64,000 bases of DNA from Octopus vulgaris (taxonomy: Eukaryota): assembly GCA_951406725.2 (NCBI GenBank), contig OX597817.1:32240001-32304000 (forward strand), written 5' to 3'. Below the pieces are notes generated by a model that had not been told where the DNA came from, searched no databases, and was given only the letters and a program-made list of their open reading frames with translations. Shown here piece after piece: positions 13,999-25,971 of the stretch. Within the stretch, counting starts at the first letter, position 1. Each line of letters starts with the position of its first letter. A program made the position numbers and the translations under genes.

Positions 13999-15037
13999 TG
14001 TGTGTGTGTGTGTCTGTGTGTGTGTCTGTGTGTATCTGTGTGTGTGTGTGTCTGTCTCTTGGATTACATATATGTACATGCGTTTGTATGCGCGCGCACG
14101 TCTGTGTATGCTAGAAATAAAAGGAAGAACAGAATAGTAAATATATATATAATGAAGATATTAAAATATGAAAAATGAAATAATAAAAGAAACTCTCTCC
14201 GTCCTTTATGTTCTTCACTTGTAAAGTTAATGACTCTACAAACAGCGGGGCGTCACATTTCTAGACAGTTAATTTCTTGCTTGACGGGGGAACAATTTAA
14301 CTTTTATCTCCTGCAATTTGGATGCATGACACACTATTGTTCCTTTACAAAGACTCTTAATTACCAGTATTCAGCCTCACCAAATGTCTAGTTTTCTTCT
14401 TCGACTTTGAAGCTATTACTAAGTCCGTTTTTACGGGAATATACTTTATCTTTGTTTTGTTTTTTTTTTTTTATTTCTCTTTGTCATGTTTTGTTTTGTT
14501 TGTTTTTGTTGTCTCATCCCAGCATTTTGTTTGCTTTTGTGGTGAATAATGAAATTATCATAATCTTGTTTATTATAATAATACTTTTTAATTAAGTGTG
14601 GCGGGTAGCAGAATCAGATGGCTTTGTTTCTTTGTTAAAAATCATTTTCATCATCATCATTATTCAATTTTTAAAAAAACTTACCGTTCTGCTGCCCTTA
14701 TAGCAATAAAAAAAAAACAAAGCTAGTGTCTAACGCTAATGTCAGATTTGCTTTTCGTTCTTTCGGGGTCAATAAATTAAATACCAGTCAAGTACTGAGG
14801 TCAGTGTGTGCTGTCCGGAGCAGTTCTTGAGTTTATTGCCCCACTCCGGGAGCAATATAACCTATACACGCTTATACGGCAGACCCCTGCTTATACGCTC
14901 ACTCTGTCTTTTCAAGTAATCAATCATCTCAGCTCCTTTAAATAGGTATCCTATACACCATCCCAATACAAATCCCTCCGATGCTCATACTGCTCTTTTC
15001 CGTATCATCCATGTCCCATCATCACATATATATTCAT

Positions 15038-15050
15038 CACCACCACCACC

Positions 15051-15098
<48 letters not shown>

Positions 15099-15135
15099 TT
15101 CTTCTTCTTCTTCTTCTTCTTCTTCTTCTTCTTCG
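15038..15135. repeat. compound trinucleotide repeat (CAC)n(CAT)n(CTT)n
   Basis: Read directly from the sequence. Confidence 0.95.
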
Positions 15136-15171
15136 TCATGGACATCGTCATTATCTTCATCAAAAAAGAAA

Positions 15172-15815
15172 AAGGCGGCGAGCTAGCAGAATCGTTAGCA
15201 CGCCAGGCGAAATACTTAGCAGTTCTGAGTTCAAATTCCGCCGAGGTCGACTTTGCTCTTCATCCTTTCGGGGTCAATAAATTAAGTACCAGTTGAGTAC
15301 TAGGGCTTGATGTAATCGACTATCCCCCTCCCCCAAATTTCAGGCCTTGTGCCTATAGTAGAATGGATTATCTTTATCAAAAAGGCGGCAAACAGCAGAA
15401 TCGTTTGCACACCGAGTAAAATGTTTAACGGCATTTCGTCCGTTCAATGTTCTGAGTTCAAATTTCGCCAAGGTAGACTTTGCCTTTCATCCTTTCGGGA
15501 TGGACAAAATAAGTAGCAGTTGAACTCTGGAGTCGGTTACATCGATCTTCCGAAATTGCTGGCTTTGTGTCAAAATTTGAAACTAATATTATCTTCATCA
15601 AAACGTGAGCTGGTAGAATCGTTAGCATGCTGGACAAAAAGCTTAGCGGCATTTCTTCTGGCTTTACGTTCTGAGTTCAAATTCCACCTAGGTTGACTTT
15701 GCTTTTCGGTCTCTCGGAGTCGATAAAAATGAGTACCAGTAAGCACAGCGGTTGATGTAATTGACTGACCCCCTCCTCTAAAATTGCTGGCCCTGTGCCA
15801 GAATTTGAAACTATT
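15172..15815 (+). mobile_element. three tandem, diverged copies of SINE family B
   Basis: Repeated GGCAGAATCGTTAGCACGCC...TTCTGAGTTCAAATTCCGCCGAGGTCGACTTTGCCTTTCATCCTTTCGGGGTC...AAGTACCAG. The central part resembles the Meta/MESC-type SINE domain (from memory). Confidence 0.8.
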
Positions 15816-15835
15816 ATTATCTTCAACATCATTAT

Positions 15836-16250
15836 CTATTTCTTTATTGCCCACAGGGGGCTAAACATAGGGGGGGCAAACAAGGACAGACAAAGGGATT
15901 GAATCGACTGCATCGATCTCAATGCGTAACTGGTACTTATTCAATGGACCCCGAAAGGATGAAAGGCAAAGTCGACCTCGGCGGAATTTGAATCCAGAAC
16001 GTATCGGCAGACGACATACCTATTTCTTTACTACCCTCAAGGAGCTAAACATAGAGGGGACAAATAAAGACAGACAAAGGGATTGAATCGACTGCATCGA
16101 CTCCAGTGCGTAATTGATACTTATTTAATGGACCCCGAAAGGATGAAAGGCAAAGTCGACCTCGGCGGAATTCGAACCCAGAACGTAACGGCAGACGACA
16201 TACCGCTAAGCATTTCGCCCGGCGTGCTAACGATTCTGCCAGCTCGCCGC
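15836..16250 (-). mobile_element. SINE family B, head plus two body units (dimer)
   Basis: Reverse complement of the 59995-60230 element with a duplicated body-tail unit. Confidence 0.85.
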
Positions 16251-17096
16251 CCTCCAACATCATTATCATCATCGTCAACAGTAACGGTAGCATCATTGTC
16301 ATCGCATCATCAAATTTCTTTTCATTACTAGTTTCATGCTATCTAGTGCTTTGTTTTTTTCCTCTCATCCATTTGCTATCATCAGCTCTTAGTCTACGAT
16401 AAAAGTGAAGTCTAAAAATACACATTTTAAACTTAGAGGTGTAACTATGATATGCGTTAGATATAAAACTGTTTGTGACACCCAATCTTGGGCCTTTCTC
16501 TATGAGACATTAATGTATTGCATCTGAAACTCTTCACTTCGGAGTTTTCTTCCAAAATTTCCTTCCTTTTGATATCATCTCTATGGCTTCACTTCTATCT
16601 TTCTTCCTCATATTTCCAAATTACTTCCTATCATGTAAACTACTTACTTCCGCAGCATTTTTCCTTTTATTTTCTTATCATGTTTTTTTTTAATTTAAGT
16701 TTTTTTATTAATAGGCACAAAGCCAATTTTTGTACCAGAAGAAAACTAATGCTTACGTTATCGCCCCTTCAGAGTTGAAAAGCAAAGCTTGCCCCCATGA
16801 GATTTGAACACAGAATGTAGCAGGATGAAATTGACAACGGAAAGGCATTGAATCCAAGTCTCTGGCGGCTTCTACCAACATAATTACCTTTCTTTTGACG
16901 ACACACACGACCAATAACTAGCAAAGGGTGAGGATACATATAATGGAATCTACTTTCATTATATTACTAATATCTATTTCATTGACTTTAGAAAGATAAA
17001 GATAAAGGCGATCTAGGCAAAACTGGAACTAAGAATCCAGGAAAACGAAACTAAATAGCAATTGTATTTTTTTAGCCATATGTACCACTCTAATTT

Positions 17097-17692
17097 CGGC
17101 AGAAACGTTAGCACGCCGGGCGAAATGCGTAGCCGTATTTCGTCTGCCGTTACGTTCTGAGTTCAAATTCCGCTGAGGTCGACTTTGCCTTTCATCCTTT
17201 CGGGGTCGATAAATTAAGCACCAGTTACACACTGGGGTCGATGCAATCGACTTAATCCGTTTGTCTGTCCTTGTTTTTTGTCCTCTGTGTGTTTAGCCCC
17301 TTGTGAGTAGTAAAGAAATAGATATTTCGTCTGCCGCTACGTTCTGAGTTCAAATTCCGCCGAGGTCGACTTTGCCTTTCATCCTTTCGGGGTCGATTAA
17401 ATAAGTACCAGTTACGCACTGGGGTCGATATAATCAACTTAATCCGTTTGTCTGTCCTTGTTTGTCCCTTCTGTGTTTAGCCCCTTGTGGGTAGTAAAGA
17501 AATAGATATTTCATCTGCCGCTACGTTCTGAGTTCAAATTCCGCCGAGGTCGACTTTGCCTTTCATCCTTTCGGGGTCGATTAAATAAGTACCAGTTACG
17601 CACTGGGGTCGATATAATCGACTTAATCCGTTTGTCTGTCCTTGTTTGTCCCTTCTGTGTTTAGCCCCTTGTGTGTAGTAAAGAAATAGGTA
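17097..17692 (+). mobile_element. SINE family B, head plus three body-tail units of about 185 bp (trimer)
   Basis: The unit ATTTCGTCTGCCG...GTAGTAAAGAAATAG occurs three times at high identity. Confidence 0.9.
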
Positions 17693-18210
17693 TTTTAAAT
17701 CCCTCAACTGGTCTCTAAATCAATATCGAGAGAAGATAGCTATTCATAATAGTGTGACGGACCTGAAGCTGAGAAATGCAGTTAATAGTTGTCACTACTA
17801 CTCTTACAATCCGTAACAATGAGGTTTAAAACTCAACGTCCGCGAGCTCACCTCGTCCTATAGATTTAATATGTTAGTTGACTTATTACGTGAAAACAAA
17901 GGTATTCAGCCAGGCTCTAAATAAGTCAACAGATATCCAGAATCGGCTGCATCATCCACTATTCTCCACTATATTACATAGCCTTTGTAGCTTCCTATAT
18001 TGCATTATTCTGAATGGACGCAAAAGCAGTGAGTACATAGCAAGTTATAACGTTCATTTTTCCTGAGAGTCGTTTAGAATGTGTTGAAGATTCAGCTCAA
18101 CGGGAGAATAAGGATCAACCAATATATTGTGATACATATTCATCTCATTTGTTAACTGGAAGCGTAAGGACAGTAACAATCGTTTTTGTTGCTCCTTCAC
18201 CAGTATATTT

Positions 18211-18320
18211 ATATCACGTTGAAAACACCGGTTCTCGTCCGATCACCGAAGTTAAGCAACATCGAGTCCTAGTTTGTACTTAGATGGGTGACCGCTTGGG
18301 AAACCTCGGTGCTGTAAGCA
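18211..18320 (+). pseudogene. 5S rRNA pseudogene lacking about 10 nt at the 5' end
   Basis: ATATCACGTTGAAAACACCGGTTCTCGTCCGATCACCGAAGTTAAGCAAC...GTACTTAGATGGGTGACCGCTTGGGAAAC...GTGCTGTAAGCA is a molluscan-type 5S sequence with substitutions. The 5' strand of helix I is missing. Confidence 0.9.
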
Positions 18321-18330
18321 TTACCGTTTT

Positions 18331-18500
18331 AGGCGCAGGAGTGGCTGTGTGGTAAGTAGCTTGCTTACCAGCCACATGGTTCTGGGTCCATTACCACTGC
18401 GTGGCACCTTGGGCAAGCGTCTTCTACTATAGCCTCGGACCGACCAAAACCTTCTGAGAGGATTTGGTAGACGGAAACTGAAAGAAGCCCGTCGTATATA
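18331..18500 (+). mobile_element. SINE family A 5' half (3' half probably at 20770-21000)
   Basis: Intact head up to GAAAGAAGCCCGTCGTATATA, then interrupted. Confidence 0.85.
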
Positions 18501-18502
18501 TA

Positions 18503-18995
18503 TCTCTTATTATAAAAGGCAGATTTTATCTGCCTCCCTTTGGGAGTTATACAAATCTACAATATAGGATTTCTTCAATTACAATTTACCTTGCATTTTT
18601 GAGAGTACAATGCATCGCGTCATGCCAGGTCCAGTTTTTAAAATTTAAACTCCAGTTAAGCAAAATTTACAGAAAACTCACATTCTGGTGTGTGTGTCAA
18701 ATGCTTTTCTTAGTCTGGTTTACACCACACGCAAACGCACAAACACAGTGGGCAACGAATAAAATGAAAGTAATTGACTTACTGTAGTGAGTGATTCTTT
18801 CACTCTGCCTCCCACTTCCTGTTTCCACACAGACACGCAAATATATAAATAAAATTGTAAGCTAACGTGCGTGTGTGTGTGAGTGGGTGTGTGTGGGTGT
18901 GCGCGTGTGTGTGTGTGTGAGGGTGCGTGTGTGTGTGTGTGTGTGTGCGTGTGCGTGAGTGTGTGACAGGAAAGTTTTTTTACGACGAATATAAC
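18503..18995 (+). mobile_element. Helitron-like non-autonomous element, 5' part
   Basis: Starts A|TCTCTTATTATAAAAGG, a TC start like those at 20299 and 25972. No 3' CTAG end was found. Confidence 0.4.
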
Positions 18996-19017
18996 ACCTA
19001 TATCCAAGTAGCAGAAA

Positions 19018-19497
19018 GATAAGACAGTAAGGTGTGATTTGAGGGAGATTTGGCTGCTATTTCTACCATGTCTAGCTGCCATGTAGGGGTCTCCCTCATA
19101 GGCTCATACATACATATATACATAGATAAGACAGTAAGGTGTGATTTGGGGGAAATTTGGCTGCTATTTCTACCAGGTCTAGCTGCCATGTAGGGGTCTC
19201 CCTCATAGGCTCATACATACATATATACATAGATAAGACAGTAAGGTGTGATTTGGGGGAAATTTGGCTGCTATTTCTACCAGGTCTAGCTGCCATGTAG
19301 GGGTCTCCCTCATAGGCTCATACATACATATATACATAGATAAGACAGTAAGGTGTGATTTGGGGGAAATTTGGCTGCTATTTCTACCAGGTCTAGCTAC
19401 CATGTAGAGGTCCCCCTCATTGGCTCATATATATATACATACATAAGACAGTAAGGTGTGATTTGAGGGAGATTTGGCTGCTGTTTCTACCAGGTCT
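19018..19497 (+). repeat. 107-bp tandem repeat, about 4.5 copies
   Basis: The unit GATAAGACAGTAAGGTGTGATTTG...GGCTGCTATTTCTACCAGG...GGCTCATACATAC recurs with period 107 (ORFs at 19096 and 19203). Confidence 0.95.
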
Positions 19498-19564
19498 GTT
19501 AGGCCTTCTCATGTAAACTCAAGCTTTCTCATGCCTTCAACATATGACCAAAGCAGAGAATGTA

Positions 19565-19800
19565 TTCTTTTATTCTTCTGCTTTTTCCAGCCATTGTCTG
19601 TGGCCATGCTGGGGCAATGCCTTGAAGAATTGTAGTTTAATGAATCAACTCCAGTTTTATTTTTGTAAGCATTGTACTTATTCTATCTGTTTCCTTTGTC
19701 AAACCACTAGGTGACAGGGATGTAAACAAACCAACATTCGTTGTCAAGCAGTGGTGGAGGACAATCACAAGCACAGACACGCACACACACACACACATAC
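19565..19800 (-). mobile_element. SINE family A 3' half, old
   Basis: Reverse complement of the A tail (GGCCATGCTGGGGCA, GTACTTATTCTATC, GTTGTCAAGC). Confidence 0.7.
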
Positions 19801-19820
19801 ATGCATACACATATACACAC

Positions 19821-19855
<35 letters not shown>

Positions 19856-19875
19856 TATATGTGTGTATATATATA

Positions 19876-20134
19876 TTGCAGCGTGGAAGGTGTTTGTAAG
19901 CCATTTAAGAAACACACAAAAACCGTTACATTCACTTCAACATTTAAATTTAATTTGCCAAAATATTTTCGTCGCTTTCACACCGCGACCTGTTCACTGA
20001 CAAAAATATCGTGCTAACAGGTCGCGGTCTCAAAGCGACGAAAATATTTTCACAAATTAAATTTAAATGTTGAAGTGAATCTAACGGTTTTTGTGTGTTT
20101 CTTAAATGGCTTATAAACACCTTCAACGCTGCAA
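19876..20134. repeat. long inverted repeat, arms of about 119 bp with a 21-nt loop
   Basis: TTGCAGCGTGGAAGGTG...GCGACCTGTT pairs with AACAGGTCGC...CACCTTCAACGCTGCAA. Confidence 0.92.
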
Positions 20135-20298
20135 CTGTTTTCGTTCCAGCACACGATCTCAGATCAAGTCACTTGCTATGCAAGTACATCTCTGTAACTA
20201 TATATATATTTATATATATATATATATATGTATATTGGTAAAAACAGTAAGATAACAAAAGAAAGAAAGAGACCTCAATATTATGTAAATAGAGGAAA

Positions 20299-20690
20299 TC
20301 TTTATATATAAAAGTGAGGTTGTGTGTCTGTCTCCTACGATTTAGATTCCTAACTACTCCCACATTTTGCGGTGCAGTTTAACCAAAACCGGGTATCTTA
20401 TAGTCGTGATTCATATCGAGACCGTCTGGGTATTAGCGCGCGTCTACGATGAGTCTACGATTTAAAAAAATTTACCATCAATTTTTCCCATTTTTAATCC
20501 ATTTTTGACATATATAAGGGAAGTAACTCTCTAAAATTTATTATTAAATCTCAGAACGTAAAAAGCTACAGTAACACCCCTCCCCCTTTGTGGTTAGCCA
20601 TATTGAGATGGCTATTATACTTTATATCTCTAAAAATGCTTATATAATTATTTCCCTTACAAACCCGAGCAACGCCGGGCGATACTGCTA

Positions 20691-20691
<1 letters not shown>
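20299..20691 (+). mobile_element. non-autonomous Helitron, complete
   Basis: 5' TC, 3' hairpin CCCGAGCAACGCCGGG plus CTAG, inserted between A and T. A near-identical copy lies at 25972-26274. Confidence 0.9.
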
Positions 20692-20751
<60 letters not shown>

Positions 20752-20769
20752 TGTATGTATATGTATATG

Positions 20770-21000
20770 TGTGTATATGTTTGTGTGCCTGTGTTTGTCC
20801 CCCAACATCGCTTGACAATCGATGGTGGTGTGTTTACGTCCCCGTAACTTAGCGGTTCGAAAAAGAGATCGATAGAATAAGTACTAGGCTTCCAAAGAAT
20901 ATGTCCTGGGGTCGATTTGCTCGACTAAAGGCGGTGTTCCAGCATGGCCGCAGTCAAATGACTGAAACAAGTGAAAGAGGGGAAAAAAAGAGTAAAAGAG
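20770..21000 (+). mobile_element. SINE family A 3' half
   Basis: TGTTTGTCCCCCAACATCGCTTGAC...CAGCATGGCCGCAGTCAAATGACTGAAAC. Confidence 0.85.
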
Positions 21001-21658
21001 AAAGTACGTTATTTTATCGAATCCGAACGGGTGAAAGCAAAGTTAACCTCGGCAGGATTTGAACTCAGAACGTAGAGTGCCGGAAGGAACGCTACCGAGC
21101 ATTATTGTTCTACATGCTAATGATTCTGCCAGTTTACCATCTTAGACCATATACTGACGAAACTAAATACCAAAACGTCTTTATTCCAATGCTCTGCTGG
21201 TTCTTTCTGTATACCGGGGTACATAGTGTGACATTGAAATTTCTTTTTTTCTGTCATAGAAACAGAATTTATGAAATGGCAGTTGAGAAGAAATGGCGGA
21301 CAAAAGAAAAATGCAAAGAAGTATGAAGAAAGAATGTAAAAGAAAGATCGAAAGAAAAGATGAATAAAGCGAAAGAAAATGTGAAAGAAAAAAATGGAAG
21401 AAAATGGGAAATGTGTAAATGATAAAAGAAAAAGATACCAAAAACAATTAGTTATGAAGTAAAAAAAAAAATTATATTAAAAAAATTGTAAATTGAAATA
21501 TAACAAAAGAAAAACAGGTTTGCGATATAAGCGTAAAATGAAGAGAAAGTGAGGCAAACGGTCTGGAAGAGAAGCAAAAGAAGTGGCTGGAATAAGAAGC
21601 TGGCAAGACAATTAAAACTGTGTGGGTGTTCGGCAGCAGTCTTTAGACTGTCTGGCTG

Positions 21659-21689
<31 letters not shown>

Positions 21690-21881
21690 TCCTGCGTTGG
21701 AAGCAGCAATTGACTGCAAATCAATGTTGTCTGTGAAAACAGGTAAACACTTAGATCAAAGTAAACCAAAGACAGGAAACGAAACCGTACAATAACAGTG
21801 GGCCTCGGCTCCTACTCTCCTAATGACCGAATCAGTTTTACTTCTGTGTTATTTCATTTCTCTCTTTCTCTCTCCTCTCCC

Positions 21882-21957
<76 letters not shown>

Positions 21958-22047
21958 CATATATACATACATATATATATATACATGTGTCTGTCTGTCT
22001 GTCTCTATCTCTATCTCTCTCAATTATACTCTCTCTTTTTGTATGTG

Positions 22048-22087
<40 letters not shown>

Positions 22088-22249
22088 ATACATACATTCA
22101 TATGTGTGTATGAGTGTGTACGTGTATGTGTGAATGTATATGTTTGCGCGCGTTTTTATATGTATGTGCGTGAGTGTGACTGTAGTATGTGTATGCGTAT
22201 ACCTGTGTAACTGTGTACTGTGTATCTTCTATATAAGTGTTTGTGTGTG

Positions 22250-22318
<69 letters not shown>

Positions 22319-22335
22319 GGACAGATAGATGGATG

Positions 22336-22410
<75 letters not shown>

Positions 22411-22777
22411 CTGTGTTTGTATGTTCTTTTGCTTGTTTTAGCTATTATCGTGAAGTCTTGGCTGGAGCACCACTTTTGTGTATATATGCATTCATTAGTA
22501 TCTGTGCAAGTGTGCATATGAGTATACATACACGTACCTACACAAACACATACATAAATACTCACAGAACTTCATAATTACATACATGCAATCATACATA
22601 CAAATATATAAAAAAAAAACACATGCATACATAAACACATACAAACAGAGCATGCATACGAACACGTACACACGCACACACGCACACACATATATAAATG
22701 TGTACACGTATGTGTATATGTATATATATATGAATGCGTACATGTATGTGTGTATATAAAAATATTCCTATATATAC

Positions 22778-22858
<81 letters not shown>

Positions 22859-22880
22859 AATACATACATACACACATACA

Positions 22881-22912
<32 letters not shown>

Positions 22913-23599
22913 CATGCATACATACATACATACATACATACATACATACATACATACATACATACATACATACATACATACATACATACATACATGCAGT
23001 TGGTCAGTGGATGTCAGAGCTAGCCCTCACAGTTTCGTATTCCTATATTATGACTATCTGGTTATTTCGTTAAAAATAGTCTTTCCGTTCCAGCACTGGG
23101 ATTTCGTTAGTTATTGCAATTCAGTCCCAGCTCAGTGGTTTCCATCTTTATTTATTTATTTATCCTAAATCGTTCTGCTGTAGGAGAGAGAGTTTGGAGG
23201 TAATTAGCTAATCGTTTGTTACCCAGTGATTGCTTGAAGTTATGTTATTACACGGCTTGTTACATATTTGAAGAGGAATGGCAAATGTGAGCAGAGAAAC
23301 AGCTATGAACACATTGATAAACCTTAGTTTATAGAGAAGCGTATCTAATGCGTGTAGACATCCATCGATACATTGGTATAAACACACAGCGGCGCATGCA
23401 CGCACGCACATACACGCACACACACACACACACATAGACACGCCACACAAATACACAGAACCGGAAACACACTCAGGCACGCTCGCGTACATATATGCGA
23501 GTATTTATGTATATAGGTATATGTATGTGTATGCATATGTTTGTGTGGCTCTGTATGAGTGTGTGTATACATGTGTGCGCGTACTCCCTCCGTTTTTTA

Positions 23600-23752
23600 T
23601 TTCTTTTTTTTTCCATATCAATCCTTTCTGTTGAAGAGCGTAGGCTCGAAACGGCGAAGACTTTTCCATTCTTCCCGATCGTAAAAGTAATACATTTGCT
23701 TCTTGTTGTTCCCTCATCTATCTTCGTCTTTTTTTTTCTGTAAATTTAAATT
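23600..23752 (+). mobile_element. Penelope-like terminal repeat (CTGTTGA hammerhead family)
   Basis: CTGTTGA(23628-23634) A GAGC GTAG GCTC GAAA(23648-23651). Homologous to the 12236 and 48655 copies. Confidence 0.6.
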
Positions 23753-23858
23753 ATATATATATATAAATATTTGGTAGCGGTGCCGATTTTTACAATTTGT
23801 AAATGACAATAATAATCTTTTTCATAAGCTTACGCTTTAAGCTTATAAAAAATATTAC

Positions 23859-23914
<56 letters not shown>

Positions 23915-24546
23915 AGAGAGAGAGGGAGAAAGAGAGGAAGAAACAGAGGAAGAAAGAGAGATTGATATGTGTGTATGCTTATTTGAATTATGTGTAGGTG
24001 TGTATGGGTGAATGTGTAGGTGAGTGTTGGTGGGTGAATGCATGATAATGTGTATGCGCACATAAACATAGGACACACTTTCGACAGGAAAGTTCAGAAG
24101 TTTGGTTCGCTATCACGCAATCTCGGGTTCAATCACTCTACGAAGAAGATGCTCCAGTATGGACATAGTCGTACTGACTAAATTAAGCAGAAAGCTCGAA
24201 CAAATAACTCAGAGCATTCTTTCTGACGTTCTAAAACTTCTTCCATTACGCCGCCTTACCGTTTGTACCACTTGGTTAAGTACCAGGTTAGTCGTGAGAG
24301 CTATTGGTAATATATAACCAATACAATCTGTTACGTATTTGAATCGTCGTTGACGTTCCTGACGCGCCCACAAGGCTAACCTTAGTGATAAGGGCAAAAA
24401 TCAACGGAGGCTGAAAACCAGCAATGGGTCACTGGTTGTCTTATATTAGTGCACAGGGACCAAGCATTATTAAGACCACTGCTAATGATGGACCCTTAGT
24501 TCTAATCAGAATATTCATCTAAAAGATAGAACTAAAAATCAAAATA

Positions 24547-25111
24547 CTGGGTTGTCCGGAAAGTTCGTGCCAATTTTTAAAGGAAAGAAAAAGGTCAATA
24601 AATACTTGCCATTACATTTTTAATCAACCAAATATGAACCATTTTGTTGCACAATGCGTCTCCATCTACCTTTTAACTTGAAAATACCCTCTTCCCAGAA
24701 TTGAGGGGTTTCATGGCAAAGAATTCATCAAGGTATTTCTTTACGTCAACCAAGGAATCGAAATTTTTACCATTAAGACTATTCTGCAGAGACCTGAATA
24801 AGCGGAAATCCGAAGGAGCAATATCTGGTGAATATGGAGGGTGGGGTAACACATCCCAGCCGAGCTGCAGCAATTTTTGTCTGGTTCCCAAAGCATCAAG
24901 TGCCGAAAATAAACTTTCTTATCTTCCATTTTAAAGGGTTACAGAATTAACACAGGTTATAAGAACATAAACCTGCTTCCACGAAAAGATAGCTTAAACT
25001 ATGCTCTAAATGGAGGTGTAGTCAAATCCTGTTTTATGGACTCAACCATGTTCTAAAATAAGTCGAAAGGTAAGCTACTATGAATCGGCACGAACTTTCC
25101 GGACAACCCAA
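24547..25111 (-). mobile_element. internally deleted mariner
   Basis: TIRs (C/T)TGGGTTGTCCGGAAAGTTCGTGCC with TA TSDs. The ORF carries WDVLPHPPYSPDIAPSDFRLF. Confidence 0.92.
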
Positions 25112-25694
25112 TAGCTTCACTATCATGCAAGTGCTTGGGTTAGTAACTAGTTAAGAGAAATCATTCAGAAAGAAATATCGGCGCACGTCTACGAAGATTT
25201 TATTTTTCAACCCTATCAAGTCTCCGACAACTCCTGCATCTAGTTTCATCTTCCACTCTTCTCACCTGTCTTACCGCTGGATCCAGATGATTCGAAATGA
25301 CATAGCATGCATGATTCTTCACAAATTCTCCTCGCAAGTTCATGAACAAATCACGGGAGCTTCTCTTTTATTTTTTTTTAACTCCAAAAAGGCGGCAGAT
25401 CTTTAGTTGCAGTGATCGGAATATCACGTACGTCCATGATGATGAAATACCGCCGCTTCAGTAGTTTTCCTTACTTACATACGAAAGATGTCGTAAAGAC
25501 AGGAGCAGTCGCGATTTCTCATTGATATGTCCCTTAGTCAAAGTCGTGGTCTTCATCAATCTCCAATGGACGAACGCGATTTGTGAGCACACCATTAAAA
25601 AATGTATTCTACACATTTAAACCGACAACATCCCATTCCAAATTTGGAGGCCTTGTTCCATGGGTAAAAAGTAGTGGAGGTGGTGGTGGTGGTG

Positions 25695-25751
<57 letters not shown>

Positions 25752-25971
25752 TGTTTTAAAAAAATTAGGGCGACGGATTAGCAAAATCATTAGAGAGTTG
25801 TGGGAGGGGGGAAATGCGTTCCGACATTCGTTCTGGCTTGTTACATTCTGAGTTCAAACCCTGCTTTGCTCTCATCTGTTCGGGTCAATAAAGCAAAGTA
25901 CCAGTCAAGTACTAGGGTCGATGATATCGACTAACCCCCTTCCCCTCAGAAATTTGCCTATTATATTAAAA

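Noticed and set aside
19018-19497. Possible CRISPR-like repeat-spacer array
   Set aside because: The units are identical along their whole length with no unique spacers, the context is eukaryotic and there are no cas genes.
21600-21830. Unique segment with GTAAACA/GTAAAC motifs as an enhancer
   Set aside because: Short motifs are expected by chance in AT-rich DNA and cannot be supported without conservation data.
25150-25620. Minus-strand exon ending at GTAAGT near 25475
   Set aside because: There is no convincing acceptor or protein similarity, and the plus strand loosely resembles an old RTE 3' end.
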